This document shows positions 28,049 through 36,358 of a stretch of DNA of 53,850 bases, in pieces. The translations under genes and the position numbers were made by a program. How positions within the stretch are numbered: the first letter of the stretch is position 1; every line of letters begins with the position of its first letter. Where the stretch lies: NCBI GenBank assembly GCA_028699175.1, contig JAQVVC010000001.1:1-53850 (forward strand), in the 5' to 3' direction. The DNA comes from Bacilli bacterium (lineage in GTDB: Bacteria > Bacillota_I > Bacilli_A > RF39 > UBA660). The notes beneath the pieces were generated by a model that worked only from the letters and a program-made list of their open reading frames with translations, was not told the DNA's origin and ran no database searches.

Positions 28049-29338
28049 ATGGCTAATAAAAATAAAAAAGAATCTAAGATTAACCCAATATTGGGCCGAG
28101 CTGGACAATCTATTGATTTAGTAAAATTTAATATTAAAAAGGAACAAGATCAGTTTACTGAAATCGAAAAAATATTAAAAGAAATATATCAAAATGATCT
28201 AAAAATTAATAGAAAACATATTTTAAAGTGTTTGAAATTAACCTGGTCAGTTAATGATGATTTTATATTTCTTCCTTTTAATTTAAAAGTTTCAAAAGAA
28301 AAATTCACTTTAAAATTTGATGTTCAACCTAAAAAAGGTATTGGTTTTGGTTGGGTAATATTCGCAATTTGGTTATTTTTATTTGCCTTTATTGGTGCTA
28401 CCTATGCTGGTTTTACATATCTAAGTATTGCAAATTTAAATAAAGATATTGATGGAGATGGAATAGCAGATATTAATATTGATATTAATAATGATAAATT
28501 AGCTGAAATAAATGTTGATATAAATAATGATGATATACCAGATTTAAATATAGATTATAAAGGAAATCGGAGAGCGGTATTTAATATTGATACGGATAAT
28601 GACCAAAAACCCAATTATAATATAGTAAATGATGCAACAGGTGGTAAAGCATGTTTAATTAATTGTGATTTAGATGGAGATGGATGGCCTGATATAAATT
28701 TAGATTTAGATGGTGATGGTATAATAGACATAGATATCGACACTGATAATGATAAAGTACCAGACTTAAATTTAGATGTAAATGGTGATGGTCTTTGTGA
28801 CATAATGTGTGATACAAACGGGGATAAAGTTTGCGATATTAAATGTATAAAAGTTGTAGAACAAAATGAAGATGTAAAAACCGGATCATCTACCCAAACA
28901 GGTGAAGCAAATGTCGAAACTTCTACACCATATTTATTAATAAATTATAATGATGGTATAACAGTAAATGTCAGAGGTCTGTTACCTGATGATCAACCTG
29001 AAATTGCTGGACTTCCAGTTGTAAAACCAGTTAAAGAATTTACTGTTGAGAATTTATCTGATTACCCTATATATTATGGTATAAGATGGAATGTAAGTAC
29101 CAATACCTTTGTATCAGATAATTTAAAATATACTATTCAAGGTACAAATGGGGCTCCCAATTTGGAACCTACACCTATGCCGGTAACATCAAGATCAATA
29201 TATGAGCGAGTATTAATTATGCCTAGAGTAACTCAAAAATTTAGGATTCAAATAAATCTTCATGGTACTGGATTACCTCAAAATGAAGATCAAGGGAGAG
29301 AATTTATAGGTCAAATTGAAATTAATTTAAATAATTAA
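28049..29338 (+). CDS. single-pass membrane protein with extracellular Asp-rich calcium-binding-type repeats and a C-terminal beta-rich domain (cassette gene 4)
   Basis: About 95-aa cytoplasmic head and TM GFGWVIFAIWLFLFAFIGATYAGFTYL. Repeats DGDGIADINIDINNDK / DLDGDGWPDINLDLDGDGIIDIDIDTDNDKVPDLNLDVNGDGLCD (DxDxDG, thrombospondin-type-3-like), then a roughly 140-aa C-terminal domain. Confidence 0.65.
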   Translation: MANKNKKESKINPILGRAGQSIDLVKFNIKKEQDQFTEIEKILKEIYQNDLKINRKHILKCLKLTWSVNDDFIFLPFNLKVSKEKFTLKFDVQPKKGIGFGWVIFAIWLFLFAFIGATYAGFTYLSIANLNKDIDGDGIADINIDINNDKLAEINVDINNDDIPDLNIDYKGNRRAVFNIDTDNDQKPNYNIVNDATGGKACLINCDLDGDGWPDINLDLDGDGIIDIDIDTDNDKVPDLNLDVNGDGLCDIMCDTNGDKVCDIKCIKVVEQNEDVKTGSSTQTGEANVETSTPYLLINYNDGITVNVRGLLPDDQPEIAGLPVVKPVKEFTVENLSDYPIYYGIRWNVSTNTFVSDNLKYTIQGTNGAPNLEPTPMPVTSRSIYERVLIMPRVTQKFRIQINLHGTGLPQNEDQGREFIGQIEINLNN

Positions 29339-29362
29339 ACACTATCAATTAGTGTTTTTTAT
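29338..29362 (+). terminator. intrinsic terminator ending the cassette
   Basis: aacacta-tcaat-tagtgtt followed by a T-run. Confidence 0.7.
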
Positions 29363-29424
29363 TTTACCTATGAGGATTTTTTTCTAATTTAACTTATTTT
29401 TGCATATAATTGATTGGTGATAAA

Positions 29425-31329
29425 ATGTTTTACTACAAAATCCAGAAAAGATTATATTTAACTTTTTTAATATTATTATTAATTTTTTTAGCCATCATAT
29501 TAAGACTTTTTTATATTCAAGTATTTAAAACTAAAAGTTTAAATGAACTTGCCAGTAATTTGTGGAGTAGAAATTTACCTATTTTAGCTGATCGTGGTTT
29601 AATAACTGACCGAAATGGTATTGTATTAGCTGAAAATATTACTACTACAAGTTTAGTAGTTATCCCTAATCAAATTAAAAATAAAGAAAAAGTATCAGCT
29701 GATATTGCTAAAATATTAAACACAGATTATTTAAATATTTATAAATTTGTTAGTAAAAGAAGTTCAATAGAAAGAGTTCACCCTATAGGAAGAGGACTTA
29801 GCTATGATATAGCTGAGAAAATAAATAATTTAAATTATGATGGAGTATATTTGGTTAAAGAATCAAAAAGATATTATCCTTATGAAACTATGTTATCACA
29901 TGTTTTAGGTTATGTAGGAATCGATAATCAAGGCTTATCAGGTATTGAACTAGAATATGATAAATATCTAAAAGGAAATGATGGAGCAATTAAATATTTT
30001 TCAGATGGTAAAGGAAACCGACTAGACCTAAGTGAAGTTTACACTGAACCGGTTAAAGGTAATAATTTATCATTAACCATTGATGCTAAAATTCAAGAAA
30101 TGGTTGAAAGAGAACTTGATAATGTAATGATTTCTTTAAATCCTGATCAAGCTCTTGTATTAATAATGGATCCTAATACTTCAGAAGTTATTGCTATGAG
30201 TAGTAGGCCTAATTTTGATAGTAATAAATATCAAAATTATGATATTGAAACTATCAATCGTAATTTGCCAATATGGGGAACTTATGAACCAGGATCCACT
30301 TTTAAAATAATAACATTAGCAGCTTCTTTAGAAGAAAAAACGATTAATTTATTTGAAGATCATTTTCATGATAGTGGATCAGTTACAGTAGAAAGTGCTA
30401 GAATAAAATGTTGGAAATCAGGAGGACATGGTTCTCAAACTTATTTAGAAGTAGTCCAAAACTCCTGCAATCCTGGATTTGTATCTTTAGGTCAAAAATT
30501 AGGAACTAATCTTTTATATAATTATTTAATTAAATTTGGTTTTGGAACTAAAACTGGTATCGATTTAAATGGTGAAAGTTCGGGAATATTATTTAAACTC
30601 GATCAAATGGGTCCTATAGAAACTGCTACAACAGCTTTTGGTCAAGGTATAAGTGTAACCCCATTGCAACAAGTAAGGGGTGTGAGTGCTGCTATTAATG
30701 GAGGAAAATTACATATACCATATATCGTAAGAAGTATTAGTGAACCAGAAACTAATGAAGTCATAGTACTTAATAAACCTAAATTAGTTAAAGAAGTTAT
30801 TTCGGAAGAAACTTCTAAATTAGTCAGATATGCTTTAGAAACCGTAGTAGCTCATGGAACGGGTCGAAATTCTTATATTGAAAATTATCGAGTTGGAGGT
30901 AAAACTGGTACAGCTCAAAAAGTAAAAGATGGTGTTTATATGGTCGGTAATTATATTTTATCATTTATTGGTTTTTTTCCCGCTGATAAACCTGATTATG
31001 TAATTTATGTTGCTGTTGATAATCCAAAAGGAATAACTCAATATGGAGGAACAGTATCAGCTCCCATAGCTAAAAATATTATGTTAAGTATTATTGATTA
31101 TCTACATTATAAACCAGTAAAAAATGAATTACAAAAAGAATATTTTTGGCTTGATACCAAATATTTATATTTAGAAAATGTAGTAGGTCAAAATATTAAA
31201 GAAGTAAAAAAACAATTAAAGAACTTTAAAATTGAGTATAGTGGTAGTGGAACAAATATTATTGAGCAAAATCCTAAAGGGGATACTTATGTCAAGGAAG
31301 GTAGCACTGTAAAGTTAATGCTTAATTAA
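29425..31329 (+). CDS. class B penicillin-binding protein (SpoVD / PBP2B type) with C-terminal PASTA domain
   Basis: N-terminal TM, STFK (SxxK), SCN (SxN) and KTGTA. C-terminal PASTA-like VVGQNIKEVKKQLKNFKIEYSGSG. ATG 29425 preferred over TTG 29410. Confidence 0.9.
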   Translation: MFYYKIQKRLYLTFLILLLIFLAIILRLFYIQVFKTKSLNELASNLWSRNLPILADRGLITDRNGIVLAENITTTSLVVIPNQIKNKEKVSADIAKILNTDYLNIYKFVSKRSSIERVHPIGRGLSYDIAEKINNLNYDGVYLVKESKRYYPYETMLSHVLGYVGIDNQGLSGIELEYDKYLKGNDGAIKYFSDGKGNRLDLSEVYTEPVKGNNLSLTIDAKIQEMVERELDNVMISLNPDQALVLIMDPNTSEVIAMSSRPNFDSNKYQNYDIETINRNLPIWGTYEPGSTFKIITLAASLEEKTINLFEDHFHDSGSVTVESARIKCWKSGGHGSQTYLEVVQNSCNPGFVSLGQKLGTNLLYNYLIKFGFGTKTGIDLNGESSGILFKLDQMGPIETATTAFGQGISVTPLQQVRGVSAAINGGKLHIPYIVRSISEPETNEVIVLNKPKLVKEVISEETSKLVRYALETVVAHGTGRNSYIENYRVGGKTGTAQKVKDGVYMVGNYILSFIGFFPADKPDYVIYVAVDNPKGITQYGGTVSAPIAKNIMLSIIDYLHYKPVKNELQKEYFWLDTKYLYLENVVGQNIKEVKKQLKNFKIEYSGSGTNIIEQNPKGDTYVKEGSTVKLMLN

Positions 31330-31379
31330 TTTTACTTTATATAAAAGAAAATAGTATAATGATTATGAGGTGAGAATAT

Positions 31380-32372
31380 ATGTTAATATTAGCTAAATCA
31401 ATATTAGGTCTTATGCTAGGATTTGTTTTATCTTTGATAACAGCGATAATATTAATACCAATATTAAAAAAATTAAAAGCAGGTCAAACAGTAAGTCGGT
31501 TAATTAATAAAAGGCATTTAGAAAAAGATGGAACTCCTACTTTAGGGGGATTAATATTTATAATTCCTACTATTGTTATAATGGGACTTTTATATTTAAA
31601 AGGAAGTATTGAAATTACAGCTTCTCTAAGTATTTTAATATTAGTTTTTCTTGCTTATGCATTGTTAGGTTTTATTGATGATTATAAAAAAATAAAATAT
31701 AAAAACAATAAAGGTATATCAACGATTAATAAACTTATATTCCAAACGATTATTGCAATCATATTTTATGTTATTTTTATTCAATATGGTGGTGATTCTA
31801 ATTTAATTATTTCTTCTCTAGGTATAAACATTCCTTTAGGATGGTCATTTGGTATTTTCATATTATTAGTTTTAGTAGGAACAACTAATGCTGTTAATAT
31901 TACTGATGGTTTAGATGGTTTATGTGGAGGGCTTTCTGTAATGGCTTTTCTAGCTTACGGAGTTATTGCTTGGGGAACTTCATGGCTAGCTGGTTATCAA
32001 GAAATTGCTATCTTCTCATTTGTTTTGATAGGAAGTATATTAGGTTTTTTAGTCTTTAATACTCATCCTGCTAAAGTATTTATGGGTGATACTGGATCAC
32101 TTGCTTTAGGAGGAGCTCTTGCTACAATTGCTATATTAACAGCTCATGAACTATCATTATTAGTAATTGGTGGAGTATTTGTTGTTGAAACTTTATCTAG
32201 TTTAATTCAAATAATAGCAATTAGAAAATATAATAAAAAAGTATTTAAAAAAGCCCCTCTTCATCATCATTTTGAAGAACTCGGGTGGATTGAAACCGAT
32301 ATTGTTAAATTATTCTGGACGATAGGTTTATTACTTGCTATGTTAGGAATTTTATACGGAGTTTGGTTGTAA
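31380..32372 (+). CDS. mraY: phospho-N-acetylmuramoyl-pentapeptide transferase
   Basis: NAVNITDGLDGL, MGDTGSLALGG and PLHHHFE. Confidence 0.95.
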   Translation: MLILAKSILGLMLGFVLSLITAIILIPILKKLKAGQTVSRLINKRHLEKDGTPTLGGLIFIIPTIVIMGLLYLKGSIEITASLSILILVFLAYALLGFIDDYKKIKYKNNKGISTINKLIFQTIIAIIFYVIFIQYGGDSNLIISSLGINIPLGWSFGIFILLVLVGTTNAVNITDGLDGLCGGLSVMAFLAYGVIAWGTSWLAGYQEIAIFSFVLIGSILGFLVFNTHPAKVFMGDTGSLALGGALATIAILTAHELSLLVIGGVFVVETLSSLIQIIAIRKYNKKVFKKAPLHHHFEELGWIETDIVKLFWTIGLLLAMLGILYGVWL

Positions 32373-32398
32373 AAATAATTATTAATGGGGGTTAAATA

Positions 32399-33481
32399 AT
32401 GAATAAGAATATTGGTATTATAATACCTGTAGTAATATTAACTTTATTTGGTTTACTAATGGTATATTCATCAAGTAATATTTGGAGTGAATATAAATAT
32501 AATGATTCTTTTCATTATTTAAGACATCAAAGTATTTTTGTTGTTGTGGGTTTTATAATCATGTATATATTATCTAAAATTGATTATAAAATATATTATA
32601 AAAAAGCAAATTGGATTTTACTAATTTGCTTTTTATTATTAGGGCTTGTCCTTATACCAGGTATTGGTATCATAAGAAATGGATCAAGAAGTTGGTTTGG
32701 TATAGGTGCTTTTGGAATTCAACCTAGTGAGTTTGCTAAGATATGTTTAATTATCTTTATGGCTAAGTATTTAAGTAATAATGTTAAAGATATGAGTAAT
32801 TTTAAAAAAGGTGCCTTACCTATTTTAATAGTGATATTTATCTTTTTTGCTCTTATTATGTTAGAGCCAGACTTTGGAACTGGCATGGTTATAGTAATAA
32901 GCTTAATAGGAATGTTATTTATATCAAATATTAAACTAAACTTTTTTGCATATGCAGGCGTTGCTGGTTTAGTTGGTATGATAGGTTTAATAATAGCTGC
33001 TCCGTATCGAGTAGCAAGAATAGTTTCTTATTTGAATCCTTGGAGTGATCCTTTAGGATCAGGATTTCAAATTATTCAAAGTTTATATGCAATTGGACCT
33101 GGTGGTTTATTTGGCTTAGGACTAGGTAATTCTATTCAAAAACATTTTTATTTACCTGAACCACAAACAGATTTTATTTTTGCTATAATTTGCGAAGAAT
33201 TTGGTTTTTTAGGAATTATAATCTTAGCTAGTCTATATTTATATTTATTTTATAAAGTATTAAAAGTAAGTATTAATATTAATGATTTATTTGGTAAATA
33301 TTTAGCTTTTGGACTTATTTTTGGGATAATTTTTCAAACAGCGTTAAATATTTGTGTTGTAATTGGTTTACTTCCTGTAACGGGAGTAACTCTACCATTT
33401 TTTAGTTATGGGGGCTCTTCATTATTAGTATCTTTAGCAAGTATTGGAATTATTTTAAATATTGGTAAAAATGTGAAATAA
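32399..33481 (+). CDS. SEDS protein FtsW/SpoVE
   Basis: IQPSEFAKI, PEPQTDFIFA and LPFFSYGGSS, positioned after mraY. Confidence 0.9.
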   Translation: MNKNIGIIIPVVILTLFGLLMVYSSSNIWSEYKYNDSFHYLRHQSIFVVVGFIIMYILSKIDYKIYYKKANWILLICFLLLGLVLIPGIGIIRNGSRSWFGIGAFGIQPSEFAKICLIIFMAKYLSNNVKDMSNFKKGALPILIVIFIFFALIMLEPDFGTGMVIVISLIGMLFISNIKLNFFAYAGVAGLVGMIGLIIAAPYRVARIVSYLNPWSDPLGSGFQIIQSLYAIGPGGLFGLGLGNSIQKHFYLPEPQTDFIFAIICEEFGFLGIIILASLYLYLFYKVLKVSININDLFGKYLAFGLIFGIIFQTALNICVVIGLLPVTGVTLPFFSYGGSSLLVSLASIGIILNIGKNVK

Positions 33482-33536
33482 AATATATCTAAAATATTTA
33501 TAGTATAATATAATAAAAATAGGAGGAAAGATATAG

Positions 33537-34121
33537 ATGATGGAAATGATAACTTTACCATATAAATATAATGATTTTAGTTTTATAAGTGAAGAAACAA
33601 TGAAAAATCATTATGAAATATTATATAAAGGATATGTTAATAATTATAATAGAGCATTTTTAGATTTACGCAAGGCAAGAGAAGAAAATGATTATATTAA
33701 TATAAAAGCATTAGAAAAAAATTTAGCTTTTCAAGGAGCAGGAGCAGTTTTACATCAATTGTTTTTTGAAAATATTAGTCCAATTAAGAAACCTATAGAC
33801 CAAATATTAACTAATAAAATTAATGAAGATTTTGGTTCCTTTGAAGCATTTAAAAATCAATTTATTAATAATATTACTAATATTGAAGGTAGTGGGTGGG
33901 GAATACTTGGTTATAGTAAAATGTTAGATAAATTAATTATCCTTCAAGTTGAAAAACATCAAGACCAAACTATATGGGATTTTGTTCCTTTATTAGTAAT
34001 AGATATATGGGAACATGCTTATTACTTAGATTATAAAACTAAGAAAAAAGAATATATAAATGATATTTTTAATTATATTAATTGGGCCATAGTTAAAGAA
34101 AGATATAAAAATGAAGGATAA
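33537..34121 (+). CDS. sodA: Fe/Mn superoxide dismutase
   Basis: LPYKYNDF...ETMKNHYEILYKGYVNNYN, LHQLFF and DIWEHAYYLDY. The metal ligands appear retained. Start uncertain among three Met codons (33537-33546). Confidence 0.85.
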   Translation: MMEMITLPYKYNDFSFISEETMKNHYEILYKGYVNNYNRAFLDLRKAREENDYINIKALEKNLAFQGAGAVLHQLFFENISPIKKPIDQILTNKINEDFGSFEAFKNQFINNITNIEGSGWGILGYSKMLDKLIILQVEKHQDQTIWDFVPLLVIDIWEHAYYLDYKTKKKEYINDIFNYINWAIVKERYKNEG

Positions 34122-34180
34122 ACTTCTTTTTTTATGATTATTTTGTTATACTAAATTAGTAAGAAAGTAGGTATAAAAAC

Positions 34181-34960
34181 ATGGTTCTAAATAGTAAAAG
34201 AGTAATTGTAACTGGAGGTGCATCAGGGGTAGGAAAAGAATTAGTAAAACAATTATTAGAAAAAGGTGCATATGTAAGTGCATTAGATATTAATATCGAA
34301 AATTTAAAAAAGTTAAAAGCTGAATTAAACAATGATAAATTATTTATTTATCAAGTTGATGTGACAAATGATAAAAATATTAAAGACTTTAAAAAAGATT
34401 ATTTTAAAGATCAACCTTGGATTGATGTTTTAATAAATAACGCGGGTATAATTCAACCATTTATTAATATAAGTGACTTAGATATAAATATTATTGAAAA
34501 AGTAATGAATGTCAATTATTATGGCCCTTTAAAGTTAATAAAAACTTTTATTAACGAATTAAAAGAAAGAGACGAGGCATATATATTAAATGTAAGTAGT
34601 ATGGGAGGTTTTTTTCCTTTTCCAGGTCAATCAGCTTATGGAGCTTCTAAGGCAGCATTAAGTTTACTTACAGAAGGATTATATTCTGAATTACTTGATA
34701 CTAATATTAAAGTATCACTAGTACTGCCTGGTGCTATGGCAACAGATATTGCTAAAAATTCGGATATTGAAATAAAAGAAAATAATTCTAAAGAAATAAA
34801 AATGATAACCGCAAGTGAAGCAGCTGATAAAATAATAAAAGTAATTGAAAAAAATAAATTTAAATTATACTTAGGTAATGATTCTAAATTTATGAATTTT
34901 ATGTATAAATTAAATGCTAAAGCCGCTATTAAATTTATAACTAAATTAATGAAAAAATAA
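34181..34960 (+). CDS. short-chain dehydrogenase/reductase (SDR)
   Basis: TGGASGVGK, NNAGI and the YGASKAAL catalytic motif. Confidence 0.85.
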   Translation: MVLNSKRVIVTGGASGVGKELVKQLLEKGAYVSALDINIENLKKLKAELNNDKLFIYQVDVTNDKNIKDFKKDYFKDQPWIDVLINNAGIIQPFINISDLDINIIEKVMNVNYYGPLKLIKTFINELKERDEAYILNVSSMGGFFPFPGQSAYGASKAALSLLTEGLYSELLDTNIKVSLVLPGAMATDIAKNSDIEIKENNSKEIKMITASEAADKIIKVIEKNKFKLYLGNDSKFMNFMYKLNAKAAIKFITKLMKK

Positions 34961-34970
34961 GGAGTTTTTT

Positions 34971-36269
34971 ATGTATCATTTTATTGGAATTGCTGGTTCA
35001 GGAATGAGCTCTTTAGCTTTAATTATGTATAATTTAGGATTTAAAGTCAAAGGTAGTGATATAGGTAAAGATTTTTTTACGACAGAAGAATTAAAAAAAT
35101 ATGTAAAAATTACTATATTTGATGAAAAAAATATAACTAAAGATTTAATTATTGTCCAAGGAAATGCTTTTAATGATGATAATGTTGAAGTAAAAAAAGC
35201 CAAACAATTAGGGCTTAAAATATATAGTTATCAAGAAATGGTAGCTAAGTTAACTAAAATGTTTGAAACGATAAGTATCTCGGGTTGTCATGGAAAAACA
35301 ACGACAACATCAATGTTAAGTCATATTCTTAAAAATATCTGTGGTACTAATTATTTAATTGGTGATGGGACAGGTTATGCAAGTAAAGAAAATAAAACTT
35401 TTGTTCTTGAAGCATGTGAATATAAAAGACATTTTTTAGCTTATAAACAAAAATATACAATTATTACTAATATTGATTTAGATCATATTGATTATTATAA
35501 AGATATTGAAGATGTTATTGATGCTTACAGAAGTTTTGCATCTAATACTGAAAAATGGATAATAACTTATGGAGATGATCCATATACAAGGGAATTAAAG
35601 ATTAACAAAGATATCTTATATTATGGATTAAAAGAAAATAATGATGTAGTAGCTAAAAAGATAAAATATGATTCTAATGGTACAACATTTGAGGTTTATA
35701 TTAATAAAGAATATTATAATACATTTTTTATTAGATTTACTGGAGAACACATGGTTTTAAATTCATTAGCGGTTATAAGTCTATGTTATTTAGAAAAGTT
35801 AAATAAAGATAAAGTAAAGCATGAATTAGGTACTTTTCTTGGTGCAAAAAGAAGATTTTCAGAAGAAAAAATTAACAATAATATTATTGTTGATGATTAT
35901 GCTCACCATCCTAAAGAAATTGAAGTAACAATTAAAGCTGCTAAATTAAAATATCCTAATAAAAAAATAATAACTATTTTTCAGCCCCACACATTTTCAA
36001 GAACAAAAAAGTTTATTAATGAGTTTATTAAAGTATTAAATGAAAGTGATATAACTTATGTATTAGATATCCATCCATCAAGAGAAAAGTTAGAAAATTT
36101 TCCTAATATTAATTCAAAAATAATAATATCTAAATTAAAAAAGGGTTTTTATATTAGTAAAAATAATGCTGATGAATTATTAAAATATAATAATGTAGTT
36201 TTATTATTTTTAAGTCCTAATAGTTTAAAAGGATTAATCGATGATTATAAAAATAAAATAAAAAGTTAA
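34971..36269 (+). CDS. murC: UDP-N-acetylmuramate--L-alanine ligase
   Basis: MYHFIGIAGSGMSSLA, SGCHGKTTTTSM and DDYAHHP. Confidence 0.92.
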   Translation: MYHFIGIAGSGMSSLALIMYNLGFKVKGSDIGKDFFTTEELKKYVKITIFDEKNITKDLIIVQGNAFNDDNVEVKKAKQLGLKIYSYQEMVAKLTKMFETISISGCHGKTTTTSMLSHILKNICGTNYLIGDGTGYASKENKTFVLEACEYKRHFLAYKQKYTIITNIDLDHIDYYKDIEDVIDAYRSFASNTEKWIITYGDDPYTRELKINKDILYYGLKENNDVVAKKIKYDSNGTTFEVYINKEYYNTFFIRFTGEHMVLNSLAVISLCYLEKLNKDKVKHELGTFLGAKRRFSEEKINNNIIVDDYAHHPKEIEVTIKAAKLKYPNKKIITIFQPHTFSRTKKFINEFIKVLNESDITYVLDIHPSREKLENFPNINSKIIISKLKKGFYISKNNADELLKYNNVVLLFLSPNSLKGLIDDYKNKIKS

Positions 36270-36290
36270 AAAAATTTAACTTTTTATTTT
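36261..36290 (+). terminator. intrinsic terminator after murC
   Basis: Perfect 10-bp stem aaaagttaaa / tttaactttt with a 4-nt loop and T-run (A/T-rich stem). Confidence 0.5.
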
Positions 36291-36309
36291 ACATTGGCAC
36301 TTGTTTTCT

Positions 36310-36338
36310 TTGCAAATACTACATGTTTAAGTTATAAT
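36310..36338 (+). promoter_or_regulatory. sigma-A type promoter upstream of ftsK/spoIIIE
   Basis: TTGCAA (36310-36315), 17-nt spacer, TATAAT (36333-36338). Confidence 0.5.
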
Positions 36339-36358
36339 TATTTTAAGGTGTGAGGCTA

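Noticed and set aside
28440-28850. Possible DNA tandem repeat or CRISPR-like periodicity (recurring gatggtgat / gatattaat units)
   Set aside because: The periodicity is irregular and lies in frame within a long ORF. It reflects degenerate Asp-rich protein repeats, not repeat-spacer architecture.
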